Below are positions 26,427 to 35,337 of a stretch of DNA of 64,000 nt, piece by piece. Below the pieces are notes generated by a model. The model was given only the letters and a program-made list of their open reading frames with translations, ran no database searches and had not been told where the DNA came from. How positions within the stretch are numbered: position 1 is the first letter of the stretch; every line of letters starts with the position of its first letter. The stretch is taken from positions 1 to 64,000 of the IMG/VR virus record IMGVR_UViG_2706796752_000001; one strand, 5' to 3'. The position numbers were made by a program, and so were the translations under genes. Origin of the DNA: a virus. Lineage: Duplodnaviria > Caudoviricetes.

Positions 26427-26819
26427 TTAACCAGCAGGTTTCTCTAAAGCCGCTACTCTATCAGACAATGCTTTTAAAAGGTTGTCAACTTCTGTCTTTG
26501 TGTATGTTATATTCTTATCCGCTTTCTTACCTAACTCAGTTGTCATGTCAGTCTTTTTAGCAAATGTAGTATCTGCTTCAGTTTTGGTGTACGTTGTATT
26601 CTTATCTGCTTTCTTACCTAGTTCAGTTGTCATGTCTGTTGTATTAACTTTCTTTCCTAACTCAGTCACCATATCTGCTTTATTTGCTTTTGCACCTAGT
26701 AAGTCATCAACTTCTGGTTTCTTGTAATACTCTGTTAAATCAACATCATTACCTTTTCCAGTGTCACCTTCTGGTATATACATATTGTAATACATTTCAT
26801 CTCTAACTAATTTAGACAT
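26427..26819 (-). CDS. Late protein with internal repeats (DMTTELGKKADKNxTYTKTE)
   Basis: Tandem peptide repeats typical of phage fibre or coiled-coil proteins; late promoter at 26881-26890. Confidence 0.75.
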   Translation of the reverse strand: MSKLVRDEMYYNMYIPEGDTGKGNDVDLTEYYKKPEVDDLLGAKANKADMVTELGKKVNTTDMTTELGKKADKNTTYTKTEADTTFAKKTDMTTELGKKADKNITYTKTEVDNLLKALSDRVAALEKPAG

Positions 26820-26880
26820 ACTGTAGTCCTCCTTCTATAAAATAAAGAACCATAACATATAGTCATGGTTCCATTACTTC

Positions 26881-26890
26881 TAATATAGCA
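26881..26890 (-). promoter_or_regulatory. Late promoter motif TGCTATATTA
   Basis: Same motif precedes many structural genes; variant at 26392-26401 before the endolysin. Confidence 0.65.
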
Positions 26891-26894
26891 GAAC

Positions 26895-28694
26895 TTACCA
26901 GCCCTTCTCGAAGATATCCGGTTTGGCAGAACTTCCCATAACATCTAGCGCTGTGTAATCGAATGCATTTTCGAAAGTCTTCTTGATGTACGGCTCCAGA
27001 ACATGCTCCATACCAACCATCGAATATACAGAAGACTGCGCGAAATGGTCAGGACCCTTGTCCATAATTACCTGATACATTTCTTTTGTTTTCTCATCTT
27101 GCTCATCTCGGATAACTACGTTTTGCCAATGCTCTAAATATAGTTTTAGTAATTGGTCTTCTTCTTGATAGAATCCTAGACGACCCATCTTCATATCGGC
27201 AATGTGTTTCTTATTCTGTGTTAACTTATCAACTGTAACCATGTTTCTATTCTCAGACCATACCGGAACGATTTGACCTGTTGAACGAGGGTTAGGGTTA
27301 ACTTTAACACCGTAAGCAACACCTTCACCGAAGTGCTGGATTAGCTTGTCCACATAGTTACCAGAGTCACCGATATCAGCACAGATAATATCGGGTTGAT
27401 ACGGCGCAATCTCATTGATAACCTGCCATAAGTCTGCCTCGATATTAGCTACTCCACGAGCACGTTCGATAGAGAACATACGGATTAAATCGATACGTCC
27501 ATCATCTTTAAATCCACGGATAGTTACCCAGTGACGATTACCCCAGTCAATACCTACAGAGATGAATCGGTAATCTCCACGGTTAGTTAAAGCTCTTGGA
27601 AGGTAGTCACGTTTGTGTTTAAACACGTCGTCTGGTTGAACGGCTAACGCTACGTCTTGGTATGGGAATCCTAAAACGTAGTTGTAGAAATGCTGCTTTG
27701 ACTCCGAGTTTATTTCCTTACGTTTAATATCATCAGCCGATAACCATACTGCATTTAACTGAGATATTAAGTATCCTCGTTTACCTTGGTTGTTTAATGA
27801 ACGGTCTGCGTATCGAGGAACCCATAAACCGTTATACCATCTATCTAAAGGAGCCTTACACTTCTGACAGATAAAACGGTACGTACCATCTCGAACTGTC
27901 TTTGCAAGTGTATCGACACCAGATGGGTCTAGGCATTCTACGTTTAAATCGTAATCTATTTCCTGTGTGTAGTTACATGCATCACATTTGTGCATATAAA
28001 TACGTTGGTCAGACTCTTCAAACAATTTATGAATACCGTAGTTCGGTACAGTTGGCGTTGACCATCTACGCATAATCTTGAACTGAGATGATGCCATCGA
28101 CTCGATAGCAGACTGCTCAGCTGAAGCTGGTACACGGTCGTACTCATCCATAGAAAGGTAATCAATATCGATACCCTCTACCGCTGCTGCTTTAGAACTA
28201 GAACGGAAGATTAAGAAGCTATTTCTAATTTTCTTTTTATCTAGTGAATCTACGTAAGGGTCCGTGATAGAACCGTAGTATCCGGAAGCTAGTAACGGAT
28301 TTATACGCGTAGATACAAAGTCTTTCATCTGTCTGTTCGTCGGGAACGTATACAGACATTTAACACCTGCGTAACTGTGGATGTCCGCAAAGTGCATCAT
28401 TTCACCTACACCAACCTCTGACAGACCTAACTGACGAGATTTGATTACGGCTTTATCGGGGTGAGTATCATTGATGATGTCTACCTGCCAAGGACGGTGA
28501 GCCTGTTTCCTTGCAGCATCTTTACCTGATACGTGGAATGTGATTGGATGTGACTTAACACTATGATTCTTCAATAAATAGGAAGAACAGTTTACCATTG
28601 TTAGTATATACGTTAATTCTTCTTTCGTCAAGTCTGTCCTTCCGAAAGTTTGTTTAGCGATTCGTTGTATTAGTTCTCCTGTGATGTTCGACAT
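26895..28694 (-). CDS. terL: Terminase large subunit (uninterrupted)
   Basis: KSRQLGLSE Walker A, LSMDEYD Walker B, WSTPT, GIDWG nuclease motif, DHFA. Confidence 0.96.
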   Translation of the reverse strand: MSNITGELIQRIAKQTFGRTDLTKEELTYILTMVNCSSYLLKNHSVKSHPITFHVSGKDAARKQAHRPWQVDIINDTHPDKAVIKSRQLGLSEVGVGEMMHFADIHSYAGVKCLYTFPTNRQMKDFVSTRINPLLASGYYGSITDPYVDSLDKKKIRNSFLIFRSSSKAAAVEGIDIDYLSMDEYDRVPASAEQSAIESMASSQFKIMRRWSTPTVPNYGIHKLFEESDQRIYMHKCDACNYTQEIDYDLNVECLDPSGVDTLAKTVRDGTYRFICQKCKAPLDRWYNGLWVPRYADRSLNNQGKRGYLISQLNAVWLSADDIKRKEINSESKQHFYNYVLGFPYQDVALAVQPDDVFKHKRDYLPRALTNRGDYRFISVGIDWGNRHWVTIRGFKDDGRIDLIRMFSIERARGVANIEADLWQVINEIAPYQPDIICADIGDSGNYVDKLIQHFGEGVAYGVKVNPNPRSTGQIVPVWSENRNMVTVDKLTQNKKHIADMKMGRLGFYQEEDQLLKLYLEHWQNVVIRDEQDEKTKEMYQVIMDKGPDHFAQSSVYSMVGMEHVLEPYIKKTFENAFDYTALDVMGSSAKPDIFEKGW

Positions 28695-28888
28695 TGCGAA
28701 TCTTCCTTCCTATCATACGGTATTCCCAGAACGACGTTATTAAATATTGCACCTCGCTCTTTAGCTAACACATTATAATCTTCCAACTTTATTTCACTAA
28801 GTCCCATAGCACGAGACTTTTTAACGACTCTCATGGGTCCATAAACAGGTTCTGGGTTAATGTCTATATGCCAAGGTCTCTTTTGCAT
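28670..28888 (-). CDS. 72-aa protein resembling the TerL ATP-binding N-terminal segment
   Basis: RPWHIDI...VVKKSRAMGLSE versus TerL RPWQVDI...VIKSRQLGLSE; RBS GAGGAG, TAATG coupling. Confidence 0.65.
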   Translation of the reverse strand: MQKRPWHIDINPEPVYGPMRVVKKSRAMGLSEIKLEDYNVLAKERGAIFNNVVLGIPYDRKEDSQCRTSQEN

Positions 28889-29316
28889 TAGAACGTCTCC
28901 TCATTCTCTGTATTTTGTGCGATGTCCATGTCGCGAATCATCTTAGCTACATCGTCATCTTGTAAACTACCAATGTCGATTCTTTCTTCTCCATCCTCAT
29001 CGGACTTGATTAACGTACCTTCTCGAACAAAATCATCCACAACTTTCTCTTGACGCATATTAAGCTCTGGTAAAGCGCCTGACTTGTTCTGCCCAGCCAT
29101 TACATCCTCGATACCATTCAACTCTTTGAACACTCCGAACGCTCGTACAGCATCTGCTACGTTATCGATTTTGATATCGCCGTTCTGTACACGGTTAGCG
29201 AACTGTAACATCAACTCCGAGAATCCTAAGTTAAGGCTCTGACGAAGTTCCTCTTGTGCATCAAATAAGTTATTCTTGGTTTTCATATTTCTTTTAATGT
29301 TATCCACCATTGCCAT
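28888..29316 (-). CDS. Putative terminase small subunit
   Basis: Position upstream of terL and size match the Herelleviridae pattern. Confidence 0.65.
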   Translation of the reverse strand: MAMVDNIKRNMKTKNNLFDAQEELRQSLNLGFSELMLQFANRVQNGDIKIDNVADAVRAFGVFKELNGIEDVMAGQNKSGALPELNMRQEKVVDDFVREGTLIKSDEDGEERIDIGSLQDDDVAKMIRDMDIAQNTENEETF

Positions 29317-29590
29317 CTTCTAGTTCTCCTTTCTTTTTAAGGTACCTGTAGCAGCTCTGGACATCTTTGCAAACGTTTAGAGATATATAGGACTCTATTT
29401 TGCAATGGAAGTGTGTGACTGCCGTTACGTATTTCTGCTTTTCTGGGGAGAACTCAGCTAAGGCTCTCCCGCAAGCAGAGCATATGCGAGGAGTGTGTAC
29501 TCGCTTATCACCTTTATTAAAACTATTCCGTGTCTTAGCGATACTGAACAGGTACTTCCTTTTCTTTAGTACTTGCTGCTTACTCTGCAT
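29300..29590 (-). CDS. Basic Cys-rich hypothetical protein
   Basis: CSACG...HC...C...SCY. Confidence 0.7.
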   Translation of the reverse strand: MQSKQQVLKKRKYLFSIAKTRNSFNKGDKRVHTPRICSACGRALAEFSPEKQKYVTAVTHFHCKIESYISLNVCKDVQSCYRYLKKKGELEDGNGG

Positions 29591-30056
29591 TTAAGAATAA
29601 AATGAACGGCTCATATGCAGGTAATACATTTTCTAAATACTCTTCGTAAGTCTCCTCGTTTTTGAACAGCGCGTTTGCATATGTGAATGGAAGTTCTAAC
29701 ACCATCTCAGCTAGTAAGTGGTCTAGCAGCTCAGTTGTATAACTTAATCCTTCACGAACAATAGCACTTTCTAAATCTGTAACATACTTGTGAAAAATAT
29801 CTCTAGCAGTATCAGGTTCTTTGTCTTGGAAATGTGGTTTGTGATAGTAATCTACAGCCATTTTTGTCATAACAAGTGTCAAGACATGTTTATAATCATT
29901 TTTCATTTTGCAGTAACCTTCTACATCTAATACTTTCTTACTTCCAATCGTGTATGCAGGTGTGATTTCTTCCTTATGGTCGTCGAGTGTGACCATTAAA
30001 TTTGTTTCCACATAATCCTGTACCGATTCAAACATTTCTTCTAATACATCTCTCAT
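29580..30056 (-). CDS. Hypothetical protein
   Basis: 158 aa, RBS GGGAGG. Confidence 0.75.
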   Translation of the reverse strand: MRDVLEEMFESVQDYVETNLMVTLDDHKEEITPAYTIGSKKVLDVEGYCKMKNDYKHVLTLVMTKMAVDYYHKPHFQDKEPDTARDIFHKYVTDLESAIVREGLSYTTELLDHLLAEMVLELPFTYANALFKNEETYEEYLENVLPAYEPFILFLNAE

Positions 30057-30069
30057 TTCTAAATCCTCC

Positions 30070-30312
30070 CTAAATTTTATGTTGATGTGCGATACTTTCT
30101 AATCTGTCTCGTATTCTTCTGTTTTCCATCTTAATAGCTAAATCATATAAAAATAGACTGAGACAAGCTGTAACAACACCCGAACCTACAGATAAGGCTG
30201 TAGTTACATGTACGTTTGAGTGATGTTGCGCAAACAGGTACACTGCTTCGTACCCAATAACTTGTGAAACTAGCATAATAATAAACTTCTCTCGTGTATG
30301 TTTACCCCACAT
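30070..30312 (-). CDS. Membrane protein
   Basis: Start reassigned to MWGKH after GGAGG; late-type motif TTCTATATTA at 30352-30361 (-). Confidence 0.7.
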   Translation of the reverse strand: MWGKHTREKFIIMLVSQVIGYEAVYLFAQHHSNVHVTTALSVGSGVVTACLSLFLYDLAIKMENRRIRDRLESIAHQHKI

Positions 30313-30428
30313 TTGACAATAACCTCCATTGAGAAATATTTTTACTGTTTCTAATATAGAAGTTAGTGTATTTTCTTCAAAAGTAACCGCTATATTAAAC
30401 ACATCGAATGTAGGAAGAAGGTATCTGT

Positions 30429-30722
30429 ATGCTATACACAGTGTTAGCTATCGTCTTTACGATAATCTTCTACGTGGTTGCATCGTACATGTCCTTCGTA
30501 ACAGCTTCTATACTGCATCGTGGAGTTGTTTTTAGGCTGTTGATGCCGACGGTAAAAGCGTTATCGTTCATTGTTATCGTGTATACCTCTATTATAGCAG
30601 ATATCATCCTCTTCAACGCGCAGAAGTACGACTCAGTTGCTTTCAAAAACGGAGTTATGTCCACGGTAATAGTTAGTTCACTGACGACTTCTCGTGAAAA
30701 AGGAGGTGTTAAACACGTCTAG
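30429..30722 (+). CDS. Membrane protein
   Basis: Hydrophobic; late-type motif CGCTATATTA at 30388-30397, divergent from the previous gene. Confidence 0.6.
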   Translation: MLYTVLAIVFTIIFYVVASYMSFVTASILHRGVVFRLLMPTVKALSFIVIVYTSIIADIILFNAQKYDSVAFKNGVMSTVIVSSLTTSREKGGVKHV

Positions 30723-30798
30723 CTCGCTGTAGATTGAATGGTACGTGGTATAATGGAGGTATAACGAACGGAAACTGAGTCTTGAATGGAGGGTTTAT

Positions 30799-31116
30799 AT
30801 GAAAGCTGTAGATTTAGAGAGTAAGATTAAAGAGATTGAACGAATTTTAAGAGACCACGCTAATACATCTGATGAAATGAATGAGGTAGTTAAAGAATTG
30901 GAAGATATTGTTCATGAGTTAGATAAGAGTGTAGCACTTAATGGGGAAAAACAATCGCAGCTAGCTTATAAGATTGAAGTGTTGAATCAGAAACTTAGCG
31001 CGGTAGAGATGCGTGGTGAGAAAGGAAGTGATAAGCAACGAGCTTTGGTTGAAAATGCGTTAATGGTTGTTCTTGGTGGTCTATTAAGTTACATCTTTAG
31101 TTTAGCAAATAAATAG
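30799..31116 (+). CDS. Coiled-coil protein with C-terminal TM helix (XhlA/holin-like)
   Basis: Heptads then LMVVLGGLLSYIF. Confidence 0.65.
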   Translation: MKAVDLESKIKEIERILRDHANTSDEMNEVVKELEDIVHELDKSVALNGEKQSQLAYKIEVLNQKLSAVEMRGEKGSDKQRALVENALMVVLGGLLSYIFSLANK

Positions 31117-31131
31117 GAGGTATTTTTTATA

Positions 31132-31362
31132 ATGAGAGAATTCGATGTAGAAGTAACGATGCAGAACGGTGCGGTTTGGTTCTTACACTATGATTTATTC
31201 GTAACAGCTGGTATTGTTGACAAACCAGAAGCTACGATTGGTAATGCAGTTCGCGGTTCAAACTCACCAGTATTTTTAGCGTATAAACAAGCGAACGTTA
31301 AAACAGATTCCACTTATATCGTCGCACGTAATATCCAGTCATTCAAAGTTATATATCGTTAA
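31132..31362 (+). CDS. Hypothetical protein
   Basis: RBS AGGAGG; terminator at about 31370-31401. Confidence 0.75.
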   Translation: MREFDVEVTMQNGAVWFLHYDLFVTAGIVDKPEATIGNAVRGSNSPVFLAYKQANVKTDSTYIVARNIQSFKVIYR

Positions 31363-31852
31363 CAAACTGATACACTAGGCGTAATGCTTAGTGTATTTTT
31401 TAGTGTAATTAAAAGAATGTAAAATTAACAAAAAACCCTTACAAACCCAGTCATACCAACGGTTTAAAACACGTAACTAATATCCAGATTTGATGTAATA
31501 TATAGTACACTAACTGACATATTGTAAACCTAATCTGATACTGTTCATTTACTTGTTTGTTAATAAATATATTATATTATTGTTATATTCATAATCCTGT
31601 TTAAACCACCGACGTAGTTGGGGGTTTATGTTTTAACTAGTCTTCTATTTATATATAGTTTAATAATATATATACTAAATAACTTATTAACTAATAAATA
31701 ATATTAACAATATAATATATAGAAAAATTCGTAAAACATAAACATCCGGTTCAGCTGTATGTTTTAATTTTATATAAGTAAATAACCTTTGTCAAATATA
31801 AATAAAATAATTTACAATGTGTGTTGACTTTTTGTTCAGATAATGGTATATG

Positions 31853-32118
31853 GATAGTGTAAGGGTTGCTCCCCCTTACAACCCTAGATATCAATGTTCT
31901 CTCCTCCGACTGAACGGATATCACTTTTTTCTTTTGTTTGTTATACACCCTTTCGAACAAGTATGCGGTAACATGTTTGTTCAACCCTTTTATTGTTTGT
32001 ATGCGTACTACTTATTATAGACAGTCACCGTTATGACAGTCCTAGTAATTAGTACAACAACCCCTCTGGTTATTTTTTTCCCTACTATTAGTCCGGTAAA
32101 CTATGGTAGGGTTTTTTT
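31853..32118 (+). ncRNA. Candidate structured non-coding RNA
   Basis: Five successive hairpins with C-rich loops or linkers, ending in terminator CCCTACTAT...ATGGTAGGG-T7; promoter-like TTGACT-17-TATATG at 31824-31852. Confidence 0.5.
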
Positions 32119-32130
32119 ATGTCCACTTTC

Positions 32131-32140
32131 TGCTATATTA
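32131..32140 (+). promoter_or_regulatory. Late promoter motif TGYTATATTA
   Basis: Recurs at 35298, 37116, 51580, 63656 (variants 33164, 46592), always 20-140 bp upstream of structural genes. Confidence 0.75.
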
Positions 32141-32178
32141 GTAAGTGGTAAGACTAAAACTATTTAAGGGGGCAATAC

Positions 32179-33015
32179 ATGATATATGTGAAGGATTTTA
32201 GTGGGATTACTGAGGCTGTTAAGATACAGAATGCCATCAATGCAGCAGCCGTAGCAACATCTTCATCAAAGACTGTCATGCTAGAAGAGAAAGATTATTA
32301 CCTAGAGTCATCTCTTACTTTGTTAAATGATGTAGAGTTACTGTTTGGCTATCGTTCAAGATTAGTTATTGGCGGTAATTTCCCTGTACTACTAATAGGG
32401 CGCAACGCCTCTGTTACAAATCCATTCATAGCTATTGATGCTCCAACTTTCGATTCACCCGTATTTTACCTTGATGGTAAAAATAAATATTACAATACAT
32501 GGAATAAGACATCTATAAAAGATGGTGTCGTTCTCAACTGGACAGGTTCTCATAAAGGTGTTGGTATCCGATTCTACTCTGGAGGAACTGACCATGAGAT
32601 TTCATTCGTAGATACATCAAACATCAAACTAGTAGGTTTAAGAAAAGGTATTGAACTAGAAGCTAAAGCTCCAGCTACCGGAATGGCTTGGGTGAACGCA
32701 AATCGTTTCGATAAGATATCAATTGAAGACTGTGTAGAAATGATTACGATTGACAGCAGTGAGACAATCCCGAACGAATGTAGTGGTAATACTTTCTCCA
32801 ATCTTCAACTACAGCCATCTACCGCAACAACAAAAGTTTTAAAAGTAAGTGGACAGCATAACCGATTCGATGGTATGCTTTGGGATATCTCTTTAATACC
32901 TACATCTAAGTTTGTAGATATTACAGCGAATAGCTCCTTTACAAAGATAGACTTTAACCGTTCCCTGCCTAGTACGAAAGTACAAGATAATGGAGCAAGT
33001 ACAATTTTACTTTAA
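32179..33015 (+). CDS. Pectin-lyase-like beta-helix protein (possible depolymerase or tailspike-like)
   Basis: YVKDF...IQNAINAA N-terminal motif, N/S/I-rich repeats; own late promoter and terminator at 33075-33107. Confidence 0.7.
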   Translation: MIYVKDFSGITEAVKIQNAINAAAVATSSSKTVMLEEKDYYLESSLTLLNDVELLFGYRSRLVIGGNFPVLLIGRNASVTNPFIAIDAPTFDSPVFYLDGKNKYYNTWNKTSIKDGVVLNWTGSHKGVGIRFYSGGTDHEISFVDTSNIKLVGLRKGIELEAKAPATGMAWVNANRFDKISIEDCVEMITIDSSETIPNECSGNTFSNLQLQPSTATTKVLKVSGQHNRFDGMLWDISLIPTSKFVDITANSSFTKIDFNRSLPSTKVQDNGASTILL

Positions 33016-33195
33016 CACGATTTCCACCGAAGGAAGGCACGGTAAAGCCCTAAACCAAATATTCCATTTTCGGGATGAGCATAGCTACACGCTGTGCTCA
33101 TTTTTTATGTCCACAAACCATACATAATCTTATAGAATGCTATAATTAATAAATACGAGTAACCATTATATTATACAAGATAGAGGTGTAACCAT

Positions 33196-33465
33196 TTGTC
33201 AATTCATATAACTGATGCAAAATGGAAGACAGCTAAAACTTTATTATCTCGCGGTTATTCTTGGATTGAAGTAGTTACGTATTATAAACTATTAGGCGGT
33301 AAACAAGTTACCGTTTATATATTCCTAGAAAATAACCGATATAAACTTTTAGGATTGTCAGACGATGATGAGTCTAAAGTTAAACTAGAAGATAGTTTAG
33401 GGGAAGTTGTTTTATCTGATTACTACGATGTAAAGAACGCTAGGAAGATTTTTAGTAGCGAATAA
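33196..33465 (+). CDS. Conserved protein upstream of portal
   Basis: TTG start, RBS GAGGTG. Confidence 0.7.
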   Translation: MSIHITDAKWKTAKTLLSRGYSWIEVVTYYKLLGGKQVTVYIFLENNRYKLLGLSDDDESKVKLEDSLGEVVLSDYYDVKNARKIFSSE

Positions 33466-33484
33466 TAGAAAAGGTGGAAAATAG

Positions 33485-35176
33485 ATGAATCCGTTTAAGT
33501 GGTTTAGAAAGAAGAAGCCAACCACATTGTCAAAGATGGATATTTTAAATCCGGAAGACATGGGTGAATTCTCAGTCATGATTAACGGACTAGAGCAAGA
33601 AGTGGTATCTAAATCTGGAGACAAAAAAGATATAGGTAGAACGAAAGGTTATGAAGAGCCCTACCTAACATCGATGACTGTCAACCCAGATTATAAAGAA
33701 GCACCGTCAAGAGATGGAGATTACCGATTACTAGATACACTTAAGTTATGGTCCAGAAAGAATATTATCGTCAACGCTATCATAAACACACGTGTCAATC
33801 AGGTATCGATGTTCTGTACCCCATCGCGATACTCAACTAAAGGGGTAGGATACGAGGTTCGCCTTAAGGACCCGTTAAAGAACCCTAGCAAGGCGGAGGA
33901 AGCCAAGATTAAAGAGATTGAGACTTTCCTAGAGTACACGGGCGTAGACAACGGAGACTTGACGAGAGACACGTTTAGAACGTTCATTAAGAAGATAACA
34001 CGTGACAGATTAATTTACGATAAGGTTAACTTCGAATTAATCTACAACAAAGAAAAGCAGTTAGCTAGATTTGCTGCACGTGATGCTTCTACCATTTATA
34101 CCGCTGTAGATTCACAGGGTAAGTTACCTAAAGGTAAAGATGCTTACAAATACGTACAGATTATCGATAGCCAAAAGGTAGCATCATTCAAGTCTAACGA
34201 GATGGCTTGGGAGGTGCACAACCCGAGGACCGACATCACAGTTGGTAGATACGGTTATAGCGAGCTAGAGATATGCTTACAGCATCTTCAGTATCATGAG
34301 AATACCGAACTATTTAATGCTCGTTACTTCGCGCAGGGCGGGACGACAAGGGGCTTATTACACATTAAAACAGGACAAGAACAATCACGTTCTGCATTAC
34401 AGTCATTCCGTCGTGAATGGCAATCAATGTTCTCTGGTGTAAATGGAGCTTGGAAGATTCCAGTTGTATCTGCTGAAGATGTAAACTTCATCAATATGAC
34501 TCAGTCGTCTAAAGATATGGAATTCGAAAGATGGTTAAACTACCTTATCAACGTTATGTGTAGTATTTTCGCAATCGACCCATCTGAGATTAACTTCCCT
34601 AACCGAGGCGGAGCTACAGGGTCATCAGGTAGCTCATTAAACGAAACATCTGCTAAGGAGAAGAATCGTATCTCTCGTGACAAAGGTTTAGAGCCATTGC
34701 TTAAATTTATCGAGGATACAATCAACAAATACATCATCAAACAATTCGGTGATGAGTACCTATTCCAATTCGTAGGCGGAGACGCTGCTACAGAGAAAGA
34801 AGCGCTAGAGTTACTAGAACTTCGTACTCAAGTTGGGCTAACGTTCAACGAGGCAAGAGCTATCTTAGGATACGGCGCAATCGAAGGCGGAGATGTAATC
34901 AACAGTCCATACCATGTTCAGTCTAAAGGTCAAATCATGCAAGAGAAAATGATTGCCCAGCAGCAAGCAGCTGAAGGTCAGTCAGATGACAAACAGATGT
35001 CCGAGATGAAGCAGCAAGGTATGAATGGTAAGTCTGATGCCGTTAACGGTAATGCAGGAAAACCTAAGCAAGATGGACAAGTGAAGGGCGTTAAATCCGG
35101 AACTGCCATGAAGCAGGGTGGTAAGAGTGAGAATAAGGCAACAGTAAATGAAGATGCAAAGCGAGGTAAGAAATAA
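33485..35176 (+). CDS. Portal protein
   Basis: IINTRVNQV, RYGYSELE, YFAQGGTTRGLL, KDMEF, FAIDPSEINF, GLEPLL motifs; position. Confidence 0.95.
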   Translation: MNPFKWFRKKKPTTLSKMDILNPEDMGEFSVMINGLEQEVVSKSGDKKDIGRTKGYEEPYLTSMTVNPDYKEAPSRDGDYRLLDTLKLWSRKNIIVNAIINTRVNQVSMFCTPSRYSTKGVGYEVRLKDPLKNPSKAEEAKIKEIETFLEYTGVDNGDLTRDTFRTFIKKITRDRLIYDKVNFELIYNKEKQLARFAARDASTIYTAVDSQGKLPKGKDAYKYVQIIDSQKVASFKSNEMAWEVHNPRTDITVGRYGYSELEICLQHLQYHENTELFNARYFAQGGTTRGLLHIKTGQEQSRSALQSFRREWQSMFSGVNGAWKIPVVSAEDVNFINMTQSSKDMEFERWLNYLINVMCSIFAIDPSEINFPNRGGATGSSGSSLNETSAKEKNRISRDKGLEPLLKFIEDTINKYIIKQFGDEYLFQFVGGDAATEKEALELLELRTQVGLTFNEARAILGYGAIEGGDVINSPYHVQSKGQIMQEKMIAQQQAAEGQSDDKQMSEMKQQGMNGKSDAVNGNAGKPKQDGQVKGVKSGTAMKQGGKSENKATVNEDAKRGKK

Positions 35177-35337
35177 TGCGCGATAACGCTTTTGAGTTTT
35201 TCATTACTATAGCTGCCGGACTTTATTACCTCGTGTGGGATATTAAAGACAAAGTTGTCGGAATTTTTAGATAAAACTCCAAACAAAGAGGTACTTTTGC
35301 TATATTAAGGGAAGTACCTCTAGAAAGGAGACGAGAG

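Noticed and set aside
26895-28694. Group I intron or intein in terminase (common in Twort-like phages)
   Set aside because: The ORF is continuous at normal length (599 aa) with all motifs; thyA and the endolysin are also uninterrupted.
31853-31930. tRNA gene at a position where relatives often carry tRNAs
   Set aside because: No cloverleaf with a TTC-containing T-loop and acceptor stem on either strand; treated as a candidate sRNA instead.
33020-33060. Riboswitch-like CACCGAAGGA segment
   Set aside because: It lies in a 3' UTR and the other conserved glycine or c-di-GMP aptamer elements are missing.
35176-35274. 32-aa ORF after the portal (MRDNAFEFF...)
   Set aside because: It has TAATG coupling and a possible RBS, but is too short to support without homology or expression data.
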